Positions 51,279-60,484 of a stretch of DNA of 64,000 bases are shown one piece after another. The translations under genes were made by a program, and so were the position numbers. The stretch is from Planctomycetota bacterium. GTDB taxonomy: Bacteria > Planctomycetota > Planctomycetia > Pirellulales > UBA1268. The notes beneath the pieces are model-generated. The model had not been told where the DNA came from, did no database searches, and saw only the letters and a program-made list of their open reading frames with translations. The stretch covers positions 1 to 64,000 of the forward strand of contig JAGWVR010000002.1 of the NCBI GenBank assembly GCA_018970785.1, written 5' to 3'. Numbering within the stretch: position 1 is the stretch's first letter; each line of letters starts with the position of its first letter.

Positions 51279-51839
51279 TCAACGGGGGGTGAGCGTGCAA
51301 ACGAGCCGGCGTCCCATCTGCTGGGGCGGCGACTCGACCTTCCCGACAGGATCGAGTTGTTCGAGGATGTTGCGCATCACCCGCTGCCCCTCGTCGATGT
51401 GGGCCAACTCACGTCCACGGAACACGACCGACACGATCACTTTGTCCTTGTGCTGGAGAAATCCGCGGGCCTGGTTGACCTTGAACTCGATGTCGTGGTC
51501 GCCGGTCTTGGGCCGAAGCCGGATTTCCTTGATCTTCGTCTGGTGGACGTGGGTGCGGTGCTGTTTCTTCTTTTGTTGGTACTTGAACTTGCCGAAATCC
51601 ATGATCCGGCAGACGGGCGGCTTCTCGTTGGGTGCCACCTCGACCAGATCCAGGCCCGCCTCACGGGCCCGGGCCAGCGCCTCGTCGGTGGAGATGATGC
51701 CCAACTGGGCCCCCTCTGCCGAGATCACCCGGATCGGCGAAATCCGGATCTGTTCGTTGATGCGATGCTGCTTCTCGATGGCTGCTGACTCCGTCGACCA
51801 ATGAAACCCGCGCCTGCCGACGGCCGTTACCGGCCGCAT
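51279..51839 (-). CDS. infC: Translation initiation factor IF-3
   Basis: [15 protein letters not shown]...LGIIS...[20 protein letters not shown] aligns to IF3. The ATG at 51839 gives an unusually long N-terminus; a non-canonical in-frame start at the ATC codon of AIEKQ (about 51773, GGAG 9 nt upstream) is possible. Confidence 0.8.
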   Translation of the reverse strand: MRPVTAVGRRGFHWSTESAAIEKQHRINEQIRISPIRVISAEGAQLGIISTDEALARAREAGLDLVEVAPNEKPPVCRIMDFGKFKYQQKKKQHRTHVHQTKIKEIRLRPKTGDHDIEFKVNQARGFLQHKDKVIVSVVFRGRELAHIDEGQRVMRNILEQLDPVGKVESPPQQMGRRLVCTLTPR

Positions 51840-52459
51840 GACGGCACGAGCCCGCGGGGCACGACTCGTTTTGTCCCACCCACCGCGTCTCGTCCGCGGT
51901 GCCGCACACCCGAAGCTGCCACTCGGGGCCGGCTGCGAACGCGCCGCAGGAATCCCGCGCCGGTCGCACCACCGACACCGCGGCCCGGCCGACAGGTCCG
52001 GGAGCCGACGTCAGCCCGGATCATCCACATCGGCAGGATCGCGAACGCCACCTCACGGAGGCGATCATCAACGGTCCTGAATCACCGGCTGACGCCTCGA
52101 GGCGAATGCCGGCGACCGATGGACTCGTCCTTGAGAACCACGCAGAATCCCACAGGTTTCTCCGTCAGTCAAGCCGCGGACCGCCGCCCGCCGGGCCGTT
52201 CGGGAGGTCTTCGGCCGACGGTCGGCCAAAGTGTCCATCGCCCCAGCCTTCCCAAACCGAACGGACTCTTTGATCGTCTCGGTCGGGAAGGTGTCCCAGG
52301 CGCATTCAGGGCCTCGTCCTAAACCACTGCCGTGGTTCAACTTCAGAGCAGATGATCGGGGCAAGAAGGGGGCCGCGAAGCCGCGCCAGGAAAAAAGTCA
52401 AGATCGCGCTCCGGGCTGCAGAACATTTCGGGCCCATGGGCGTATAACTTTGGGAAGCC

Positions 52460-54238
52460 GTGAAGGGGCAGACGGGTGTCAGGGATGACTCCCGCGATTT
52501 TCCGGACGAGCGATCGGCGGCCACATCGACCTGCGGGTCCGTGCCGCGAACGCCTTCCGATGCGTCGGTGACGACGGTCGACGGTTTCTCCGCGATGACG
52601 GTGTCGGGGCCATCAGGGGCCGCTCCGACCCACCCCCCGGCGAGGGATCGCCGGACCTGGAGGAATGCCATGCGCTCGACAGCAGACGATTCTCTTGTCC
52701 GGTTTCTCGAGGCTGAACGGGATCTCTCGGGCGCCGGTGCGGCGCCGGGGCTGACCGTCACCGACGATCTCGGCCAGTTCGACCAGCTCGATCAGGGTGA
52801 CGACGGTCAACGGCATGCCACCGTGGCCCTCTCGGCCGACCAGACGCGTGGCGACTCCGCCGCGCTGCTGTCGATCGAGGACGTCGCGCGACGGTTCAAC
52901 GTTTCCACCAAGACGATCTCACGGTGGCGGACGCACGGACTGGTCCCGGAGACGATCGAGCTCGGCGGGCGGCGCCGGGTCGGCTTCCGTCCCACGACGG
53001 TCGATCGGTTCGTGGCCGACAACCCGCTGCGGGTCGAGCGCGGCACGCGTTTCAGCCAACTCTCCGTCGACGAACACGCGCGGATCATCGCCTGGGCGCG
53101 GCGGTTGGCGGGTCTCGGTGCGACCCCCGCAGAGATCCACCGGCGGATCGCGCGGCGGCTCAACCGCAGCGTCGAGACGATCCGCTACACGATCAAGCAG
53201 CACGACCGCGAGCATCCCGGTGCCGAGGTCTTTCCGGCGGTCGACGGCAACCTCCGACCCGAAGTCTGCGTGCGGATCTACCAACTCCACCTCGGTGGTG
53301 AATCGGTCGACTCGATCGCCCAGCGCTACCATCGCAGCCGGGCCGGTATCTACCGGATCATCCTCGCCCAGCGTTGCGAGCAGGTGCTCAAGCTGCCGCT
53401 CGACTACATCCCCAACGCGCTGTTCGCCCGACGCAGCGCCGAGGAGGTCGTGAACCAGCCGTTCCCCGGGCTCGACGAGGCCGCGCGCCGTGTCCGCCGC
53501 CCGTCGGGCCTACCGGCCTACCTGGCGAGCCTCTACGAGGTCCCGCTGCTGACGCGTGAGCAGGAGGTGTGGCTGTTCCGCAAGTTCAACTACCTCAAGT
53601 ACAAGGCGAGCGAACTCCGCTCCCAACTCGATCCGCAGCGTCCCAGCGGCCGGCTGATGGACCAGATCGAGCGCCTGTACGAGGAGGTGGTGACGCTGAA
53701 GAACCGTCTCGTCCGGTCCAACCTCCGCCTCGTGGTTTCGATCGCCAAGCGGCGGGTGTCGTCGGGCGACAGCTTCTTCGACCTCGTCAGCGACGGGAAC
53801 ATGTCGCTGATCAAGGCGGTCGAGAAGTTCGACTACGCCCGCGGCAACAAGTTCAGCACCTATGCTTCGTGGGCGATCATGAAGAACTTCGCCCGGACGA
53901 TTCCTGACGAGCATCGGCGGCGGGAGCGGTTCCGCGCCGCCGACATGGACCTGCTCCAAACCGCCGCCGACACCCGCGCCGACGAGCACCAGTCGCGGCT
54001 CGTCGAGAGCGATCGGCTCCGCCAGGTGGGGCGATTCCTCGACCGGCTCGATTCCCGCGAGCAGACGATCATCATCCGGCGCTACGGTCTCGATCACAGC
54101 CACGAGCCTCAGACCCTCAAGGAGGTCGGCTCGGCACTGGGGGTGACGAAGGAGCGCGTCCGGCAGATCGAGGCCAAGGCTCTCGAGAAGCTGCGCGAGG
54201 CCGCCGCCGCAGAGGCGACGCTCCCGGAATTGGGCTGA
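52460..54238 (+). CDS. RNA polymerase sigma-70 family factor (housekeeping/group-1-like regions 2-4) with an N-terminal extension carrying an extra HTH, 592 aa at the longest start
   Basis: Region 2 (DLVSDGNMSLIKAVEKFDYARGNKFSTYASWAIMKNFAR), region 3, region 4 (TLKEVGSALGVTKERVRQIEAKALEKLR). N-terminal MerR/Xre-like HTH LLSIEDVARRFNVSTKTISRWRTHGL. GC3 is weak over the first about 80 codons, so the true start may be internal (for example ATG about 52670). Confidence 0.75.
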   Translation: MKGQTGVRDDSRDFPDERSAATSTCGSVPRTPSDASVTTVDGFSAMTVSGPSGAAPTHPPARDRRTWRNAMRSTADDSLVRFLEAERDLSGAGAAPGLTVTDDLGQFDQLDQGDDGQRHATVALSADQTRGDSAALLSIEDVARRFNVSTKTISRWRTHGLVPETIELGGRRRVGFRPTTVDRFVADNPLRVERGTRFSQLSVDEHARIIAWARRLAGLGATPAEIHRRIARRLNRSVETIRYTIKQHDREHPGAEVFPAVDGNLRPEVCVRIYQLHLGGESVDSIAQRYHRSRAGIYRIILAQRCEQVLKLPLDYIPNALFARRSAEEVVNQPFPGLDEAARRVRRPSGLPAYLASLYEVPLLTREQEVWLFRKFNYLKYKASELRSQLDPQRPSGRLMDQIERLYEEVVTLKNRLVRSNLRLVVSIAKRRVSSGDSFFDLVSDGNMSLIKAVEKFDYARGNKFSTYASWAIMKNFARTIPDEHRRRERFRAADMDLLQTAADTRADEHQSRLVESDRLRQVGRFLDRLDSREQTIIIRRYGLDHSHEPQTLKEVGSALGVTKERVRQIEAKALEKLREAAAAEATLPELG

Positions 54239-54252
54239 GCGACAAGGTCTCG

Positions 54253-55593
54253 TCAGCCGGTCAACGACGGGCGCAGATCGGCCGCCAGGGAGCGGCCGAT
54301 CTGCCGCACCGCCTGGCGGATCCGGCTTTCGTTCTCGATCAGGGCCATCCGCACGTGCCCCTCCCCGGCAACGCCGAAACCGGCGCCGGGGCTGACGGCC
54401 ACGTCGGCCTCCTCGAGGAGCTTGGCGGCGAAATCCATGCTCGACATCCGGCCCACGAGCGACTCCGGCATCCGCGCCCAGACGAACATCGAGGCCTTCG
54501 GCACGGCGACCGGCCAGCCGATCCGCGCCAACCCCTCGCAGAGCACGTCACGGCGCCGCTCGTAGATCTTCGCCTGGGCCTCGACGTCGGCCTCGCCATG
54601 CCGGAGGGCGACGATGGCGGCGATCTGGATCGGCCGGAACATCCCGTAGTCGTAGTAGGTCTTGATCGTGCCCAGTGCCTTGACGATCTCGCGGTTGCCG
54701 GCGCAGAAGCCGACGCGCCAGCCGGCCATGTTGAACCCCTTGCTCATCGTCGTGAACTCGACCGCGACGCGGTCGCCGCCGTCGACGGCGAGGATGCTCG
54801 GGCTGGAGTATCCGTCGAAGGTGACGTCGGCATAGGCGAGGTCGGAGACGACCATGAAGCCGTGCCGGAGCGCCAGCCGAACCACCTCGCGGTAGAAGTC
54901 GGGGCCGACGACCGTGGCGGTCGGGTTGTGGGGGAAATTGACGATCACCATCTTCGGCCGCACCGTCTCGGCGGCGCGGGCGATGTCGGCGAGGTAGCGC
55001 GACGGGTCGGTGGTGTCGAAGAGGTGCGCCGTGCCGCCGGCGAGGGCGACGCCGTAGACGTGCGCCGGGTAGGAGGGGGCCGGCACGACGACGCCGTCGC
55101 CGGGCCCGATCGTCGCCAGGCAGAGGTGGCCGAACCCCTCCTTCGACCCGAGCGTGCCGATCACCTGCGACTCCGGATCGAGCCGCACGCCCCACTTTTT
55201 CAGATACCGCGACGCGACCTCGCGGCGGAGGCTCATGATTCCCAGCGCGGGCGAATAGCCGTGGTTCCGCGGGTCGGCGGCCGCCTCGGCGAGCTTGTCG
55301 ATCACCGCGCGGCTCGGGGCATCCGACGGATTCCCCATGCTCATGTCGATGATGTCGTGGCCGGCCCGGCGGCGCTGGTAGGTGAGCTGATTGATCCGCG
55401 CGAACAGGTACGGGGGCAGGCTCGCCACGCGATCGGCGAGGCGAAATTGCGGCGGCGCCGTGCCGGGACCGCGATCGGCGGCCAGATCGGTGGGGCCGTC
55501 GGCGGTGGCGGTCGACCGATCGGCCTCGTCGGCGGCATCGGTGGGCGGTTGCAGGTCGGCGGGGGTCGTCATCGGGATGGGTTCCTCGGTCAC
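54253..55593 (-). CDS. Pyridoxal-phosphate-dependent class I aminotransferase (AlaA/AspC-like), 446 aa at the longest start
   Basis: PLP-lysine motif TMSKGFNMAGWRVGF and NFPHNPT. The low-complexity N-terminal 55 aa suggests a later start. Confidence 0.75.
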   Translation of the reverse strand: MTEEPIPMTTPADLQPPTDAADEADRSTATADGPTDLAADRGPGTAPPQFRLADRVASLPPYLFARINQLTYQRRRAGHDIIDMSMGNPSDAPSRAVIDKLAEAAADPRNHGYSPALGIMSLRREVASRYLKKWGVRLDPESQVIGTLGSKEGFGHLCLATIGPGDGVVVPAPSYPAHVYGVALAGGTAHLFDTTDPSRYLADIARAAETVRPKMVIVNFPHNPTATVVGPDFYREVVRLALRHGFMVVSDLAYADVTFDGYSSPSILAVDGGDRVAVEFTTMSKGFNMAGWRVGFCAGNREIVKALGTIKTYYDYGMFRPIQIAAIVALRHGEADVEAQAKIYERRRDVLCEGLARIGWPVAVPKASMFVWARMPESLVGRMSSMDFAAKLLEEADVAVSPGAGFGVAGEGHVRMALIENESRIRQAVRQIGRSLAADLRPSLTG

Positions 55594-55637
55594 CGCCGAT
55601 TCTACAGCCGGCGGCCCCCCTCACCCACCGAGCCGGC

Positions 55638-57668
55638 TCAACGGCCGGCGCCCCGAGCTCCCGGCGGCGCTTCGAGCGACGCCGGGACGACGCCGTCGCC
55701 GGATGCGGTGCCGCGCCGGCTGCCGGTGCGCGGCACCGGGGCCTCGGCGGGCACCCCGGCGGTCGCGGGGATCACGGCGCCGGCGGGAGCTGCCGTGGGC
55801 GACTGGCTCGTGCCGGCGAGATGATTGTCGATCGCCGCCGATTCGCGGAGGTGGGTGAACATCCGCGCCATCTCGATCCGCTGTTTCTTCTCGTGGATGT
55901 CGTCGTAGAGTTCGTCGCGGACCTCCTCGAACGTCACCGGCGCCGGCTCGGTGAAACCCTCGCAATAGATCACCAGGAAGCGGTCGGCGATCTGCACCAC
56001 GCCCGACAGTTCGCCGGCCTGGAGCCCGAACACCTCGCGTTCGAGTGCCGGCTGCCCACCGAAGCGTTGGATCGGCGGCACCTCGCCCCGCAGTCCGCGG
56101 CTCGCCTGATCGACCGAGTAGCGTTCGGCGAGGTCCCCGATCCGCTCCGCGGTCGGCTGCTGGCGGGCCAACTGCCAGACTTCCTGGGCCCGCCGCTGGC
56201 TGTCGAGGACGATCATCCGGCAGCGGGCGCGACGGCCGAACGTGGCCTCGAACGCACGGTCGAGGTCCTCGCGCGTCACCGGGACCGTGCCGACGAGCTT
56301 CTTGAGCGCGACGGTCGGTTGGACGATGTCCTCGAGGTAGTGCTGCAGCGGCACCCCCTGATCCCGCGTCGCCTTGTCGAGCCACGCCGCCACGTCGGGT
56401 TCGCCCGCGGCGGTGCGGAACCCCATCAGCTCGGCGGCCCGGGCGATCTCCGCATCGACGTCGGCCTGGGCGATGGAAACTCCGCCGCGGTCGAGGGCCT
56501 GCTTGAGGAGCGTGCGCGAGACGAGCACCTCGAGGACGTCGGTGCCGTGGCGCTCGAGGCAGACGGCCTGGAGCTCGTCGAGCGGGATCGGCTCGCCGTT
56601 GACCAGTGCCGCGGCACCGCCGGCCGCCCGGGCATCGGTCAGGCCGTCGACGACGGTGGCGGCGTCGCGCAACGACCGGAAGACCGTCGTCGCCGACTCC
56701 CGGCTCTTGCGCTCGGCGAGCTCGGCGGCGAGTTGGTCGCGGACGTCGGCGAGCTTGACGTCGGCGGCCGGCAGGTGGCCCTCGCACTTGACGACGATGA
56801 ACTGGTCGGCCACCTGGACGACGTCGGAGATCTGCCCCTCGGCGAGCCCGAACACCACCGCCTCGAACCGTGGTTCGCCGGAGTGCCGGCGCACCGGCTG
56901 AACCCAGCCGTTGGCGCTGGCGCTGCCGACGTCGACGGAGTGCTGCCGGGCGAGGGCCCCGAATTCGTCGGGGGCCGCCAGCGCGCGGCGGCGGAGCGAT
57001 TCCGCCTCCAACGCCGATCCGGCGACGATGATCCGCGCCTTGACGGCCGGACCGAATTGGTTGTCGTACAGGTCGGCGATCTCGTCGGCGGTCGGATCGG
57101 CCGCCCCGGCGGCGAGGCGGCGGAGGGCGAGCATCGGCCAGACGATCTCGTCGGCGTATTGCCGTGGCGTGACACCGCGCTCGCGACCGATCATCTCGAT
57201 CCACTTGGCACGCGGCACGTTGAAGCGGCGGGTGAGCATGTCGATTTCGGCATCGACGTCGGCGGCTGAGACGACGATCCCGTGCTGCCGGCACGCCTGG
57301 GAGATGATCCGCTTGTTGACGAGTGAATCGAGCACGGAACGCCCGTGGCGCGCGAGGCATTCGGCCGCCAGTTGCCCGCGCCGGATCTCGGCGCCGTTGA
57401 CCAGCGCCACCAGTTCGTCGGCCGGTCGGGAGACCGGGGCCGGCTCGGCAGACCGCGGCGGTTTGGCGACGGCCCGGCTCCCGCCGGTCGTCGCGCGCCA
57501 ACCGATGGCGGCGGCGATCACCGCCAGTGCCACGAGGGCCTCGCGGAGCCACGGCCGGCGCCAGCGGCCGGTCGCGCGGTCACGTTCATTCCCGGACAGC
57601 GCGGCAAGCGACCGCGATCCGAAACCCGACGATTCTCCCCCTGGCATGACGGTCGCCCTCCCTGGCAC
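55638..57668 (-). CDS. SurA/PrsA-like peptidyl-prolyl cis-trans isomerase with a tandemly duplicated chaperone+parvulin module, 676 aa
   Basis: Two homologous halves (ELVALVNGAEIRRGQLAAECLARHG... and AALVNGEPIPLDELQAVCLERHG...). Each is followed by a parvulin-like segment (..FGLAEGQISDVVQVADQFIVVKCEG.. and ..FGLQAGELSGVVQIADRFLVIYCEG..). N-terminal membrane anchor. Confidence 0.65.
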   Translation of the reverse strand: MPGRATVMPGGESSGFGSRSLAALSGNERDRATGRWRRPWLREALVALAVIAAAIGWRATTGGSRAVAKPPRSAEPAPVSRPADELVALVNGAEIRRGQLAAECLARHGRSVLDSLVNKRIISQACRQHGIVVSAADVDAEIDMLTRRFNVPRAKWIEMIGRERGVTPRQYADEIVWPMLALRRLAAGAADPTADEIADLYDNQFGPAVKARIIVAGSALEAESLRRRALAAPDEFGALARQHSVDVGSASANGWVQPVRRHSGEPRFEAVVFGLAEGQISDVVQVADQFIVVKCEGHLPAADVKLADVRDQLAAELAERKSRESATTVFRSLRDAATVVDGLTDARAAGGAAALVNGEPIPLDELQAVCLERHGTDVLEVLVSRTLLKQALDRGGVSIAQADVDAEIARAAELMGFRTAAGEPDVAAWLDKATRDQGVPLQHYLEDIVQPTVALKKLVGTVPVTREDLDRAFEATFGRRARCRMIVLDSQRRAQEVWQLARQQPTAERIGDLAERYSVDQASRGLRGEVPPIQRFGGQPALEREVFGLQAGELSGVVQIADRFLVIYCEGFTEPAPVTFEEVRDELYDDIHEKKQRIEMARMFTHLRESAAIDNHLAGTSQSPTAAPAGAVIPATAGVPAEAPVPRTGSRRGTASGDGVVPASLEAPPGARGAGR

Positions 57669-57902
57669 GTCGCGCGAGCAGATCCCGCGGCCCGCTCCCC
57701 GGCGTCGTGCCGGGCGCGATGGCCGCCGCGGAGACCGCGGGTGCGGTCCCGATCATCGACCGCGACGATAGGCCGCGGAGGAAACGTGATCAAGGCGAAC
57801 CGCGGCGGCGTGGTCGACCGGGAACGACCCGCGTTGGCGACCCTGGGTTCGTGCGATACGCTCGACCCCGTCGTTTCCCCAGCTCCCCCAGGTACCCGCG
57901 CC

Positions 57903-58619
57903 ATGTCCACCGAGAAGAGCACCGACGGCCGTCCGCTGCGGGGCACCGATCCCAACCATCCGGCGTGCCTGACGATCCTCGGTCTCCTGCCCCCGGTGAC
58001 GGCCGAGGACGTCAAGCAGGCCTACCTCGCCCGGGCGATGGCGGCCCACCCCGACCGTGGCGGTGATCCGGCGGCGTTCATCCGGCTGCAGAAAGCCTAC
58101 GAGGAGGCCAACGAGTATGTGAAATTCAAGGCCTCGAAGCTCGAGTGGCTGGCCTCGAAGGTGGAGATCTATTCACAGCAGCAGGACGTCGCCGCCGAAA
58201 CGATCGAGCGCGGCGGCGAGATCGAGATGGAGGAGACCGACTGGCTGCGGAAGAGCTTCGGCGAGGATTTCGGACACGTCGCCGACAAACTCGTCCGGAT
58301 CACGCTCCGCGGGCCGAAGGCCGATGACGCCTTCGCGGTGCTCGTCGGGTTTCGTGCCGAGTCGCTCAAGGACCTCCACACGCTCGACCTCGCTGGCGGC
58401 ACGCTCACCGACACCGGCCTGCTCCAGCTCAAGGAGCTCAAGGGGCTGCGGCGCCTCGATCTCCGCGGCACGGCCGTCGGCAAGCTGGGCGCCGAGGTGC
58501 CGGGATGGTTCGAGCAGCTCGAGTTCCTCGGGCTCCCCAAGGGGAGCGTGGGGATGTTCGGCCGGATCGGGATGCCGCGGCGCCTCAAGCTCGAACTGGG
58601 CGACGCCCCGCCGGCATGA
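57903..58619 (+). CDS. J-domain (DnaJ-like, HPD motif) protein with C-terminal leucine-rich repeats, 238 aa
   Basis: J-domain TAEDVKQAYLARAMAAHPDRGGDPAAFIRLQKAYEEA. LRR-like segment LHTLDLAGGTLTDTGLLQLKELKGLRRLDLRGTAV. The real start MSTEKS at 57903 is the C-terminal 238 aa of ORF 57345..58619. Confidence 0.6.
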   Translation: MSTEKSTDGRPLRGTDPNHPACLTILGLLPPVTAEDVKQAYLARAMAAHPDRGGDPAAFIRLQKAYEEANEYVKFKASKLEWLASKVEIYSQQQDVAAETIERGGEIEMEETDWLRKSFGEDFGHVADKLVRITLRGPKADDAFAVLVGFRAESLKDLHTLDLAGGTLTDTGLLQLKELKGLRRLDLRGTAVGKLGAEVPGWFEQLEFLGLPKGSVGMFGRIGMPRRLKLELGDAPPA

Positions 58620-58628
58620 CCGGCCGGC

Positions 58629-59606
58629 TCACTCGGGAAACAGCCGCGTCGACAGGTAGCGCTCGCCGAGGTCGGGAAGGACGACGACGACCATCTTTCC
58701 GGAGTTCTCCGGGCGCCGGGCGACCTGCAGCGCCGCCCAGGCGGCGGCCCCGCAGCTGATTCCGCACATCAACCCCTCGCGCTTGGCCATCTGACGGGCG
58801 GTCTCCATCGCGTCTTCGTCGTCGACCTTCACCACCTCGTCGATGATCGAGAGGTTGAGGATCTCGGGAATGAACCCGGCGCCGATCCCCTGGATCGTGT
58901 GCCGCCCGGGCTTGATCGGCTCGCCGGCGAGCTTCTGCGAGATCACCGGGCTGTTGGCCGGCTCGACCGCCACGACCTTGAGCCCCGGCTTCCTCGCCTT
59001 GAGCACCTCGCCGCAGCCGGTGATCGTGCCGCCGGTGCCGACGCCGCAGACGAGGATGTCGACCATCCCGGCGGTGTCGGCCCAAATCTCCTCGGCGGTC
59101 GTGCGCCGGTGGATCTCGGGGTTGGCCGGGTTCTTGAATTGCTGCGGCATGAAGTAGCGTTCGCTGGTCCGGCTGATGTCCTCGGCGTGGCGCACGGCGC
59201 CCGGCATCCCCTCGGCCGCCGGCGTGAGGACCAGCTCCGCGCCGAGCGCCTTGAGCATCCGCCGGCGCTCGAGGCTCATGCTCTCCGGCATCGTCACGCG
59301 GAGCGTGTAGCCGCGCGCGGCGCAGACGTAGGCCAGGCCGATGCCGGTGTTGCCGCTGGTCGGCTCGATGATCACGGTGTCGGGGCCGATCCGCCCCTCG
59401 CGTTCGCCGGCGTCGATCATCGCGCAGGCGATCCGGTCCTTCACGCTCCACAGCGGGTTCATGTTCTCGATCTTGCCGACGACCGTGGCCTGGCAGCCCT
59501 CGGTGACGCGGCGGAGGCGCACCAGCGGCGTGCGGCCGATGCACTGAGTGATGTCGTCGCGGATGCCGAGGGGGAGCGTGGAGGAGGCGTGCGCGGAACC
59601 GACCAT
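58629..59606 (-). CDS. cysK: Cysteine synthase A (O-acetylserine sulfhydrylase)
   Basis: PLP-lysine motif [27 protein letters not shown]; 325 aa. Confidence 0.9.
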   Translation of the reverse strand: MVGSAHASSTLPLGIRDDITQCIGRTPLVRLRRVTEGCQATVVGKIENMNPLWSVKDRIACAMIDAGEREGRIGPDTVIIEPTSGNTGIGLAYVCAARGYTLRVTMPESMSLERRRMLKALGAELVLTPAAEGMPGAVRHAEDISRTSERYFMPQQFKNPANPEIHRRTTAEEIWADTAGMVDILVCGVGTGGTITGCGEVLKARKPGLKVVAVEPANSPVISQKLAGEPIKPGRHTIQGIGAGFIPEILNLSIIDEVVKVDDEDAMETARQMAKREGLMCGISCGAAAWAALQVARRPENSGKMVVVVLPDLGERYLSTRLFPE

Positions 59607-59842
59607 GGGGTCACCCGTCGCGGAGGAAACCGCGGCGCTGGCCGCCGGTCACGCCGACCGGCACGGCGGAGCCGCGGGGCGAGGATCGCCATCGGGGCAC
59701 CGTACGGTTTTCGCCGCCGGCGAACAACCCGGGTTTCCGCCCCCTCCGCCGTCTCCCCATCCACCCCGCTGCGCCAGCCGGGCCGGCCACGACGACCGCA
59801 CCGTCGGCTCGGGCCGACCCCGAGGACGCCCGACGCCACCGC

Positions 59843-60484
59843 CTACGGCAGTCGCTTGACGCGGATATTGCGGTAGTGGACTTCGCTGCCCGGATCGTGG
59901 GCCTGCAGCGCGAAAGTCCCCGCCGAGAGCTTGCGCGTCCCCGTCACCCCGTCCGGCTCGACGTACTCGAACAGCACTTTGCCGTCGACGAGGACCGTGA
60001 TCTGCTTGTCCTTGACGACCACCTCCTCGGTGAACCAGACGTCGTCCTTGGCCGGCGGGGTGAAATTCTTGACCACGTTGTAGATGCTTCCGGTCCGCAC
60101 CGGATCCCCCTGGGAGTTGTTGACCTGCATCTCGTAGCCCGCCGCCGGCCAGCCCTCCGGCTGGAACTTGGTGTGGAAAAAGATCCCCGAGTTGGCCCCC
60201 GGCCGGGTCATCACCTCGGCCTTGAAGTGGAAGTTCTTGAACTCGGCCGGCTTGGCGGCGTCGGCACCGACGTAAAACAGGTGGCTGCGCGGGCCGTGGC
60301 AGATGATCTCGCCCCCCTCGACCTTCCAGCTTTGGGGGTTCTCGTTGACCTTCCAGCCGGCGAGGCTCTTGCCGTCGAACAGCGGCTCGAAGCCGGGTTC
60401 GTCGGCCCGGGCCGCCGCCGCGGCCAGGATCGCCACACCGATCGCCACCCGCCGAACCGCCGCTCCAGTCGCCGCGTAAGCCAT
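59843..60484 (-). CDS. Secreted DUF1080 (3-keto-disaccharide hydrolase-like) domain protein, 213 aa
   Basis: Signal peptide MAYAATGAAVRRVAIGVAILAAAAARA. DUF1080 signature GWKVNENPQSWKVEGGEI...NSGIFFH...YEMQV...VLVDGKVLFEY...LQAHDPGSEVHYRNIRVKRL. It is the C-terminal part of composite ORF 59843..61459. Confidence 0.75.
   Translation of the reverse strand: MAYAATGAAVRRVAIGVAILAAAAARADEPGFEPLFDGKSLAGWKVNENPQSWKVEGGEIICHGPRSHLFYVGADAAKPAEFKNFHFKAEVMTRPGANSGIFFHTKFQPEGWPAAGYEMQVNNSQGDPVRTGSIYNVVKNFTPPAKDDVWFTEEVVVKDKQITVLVDGKVLFEYVEPDGVTGTRKLSAGTFALQAHDPGSEVHYRNIRVKRLP

Noticed and set aside
59850-59880. TTGACG...TGGACT promoter-like string on the plus strand upstream of nothing
   Set aside because: It lies inside or next to minus-strand genes (cysK upstream region, DUF1080 3' end) with no plus-strand gene to drive, and the -10 is poor.
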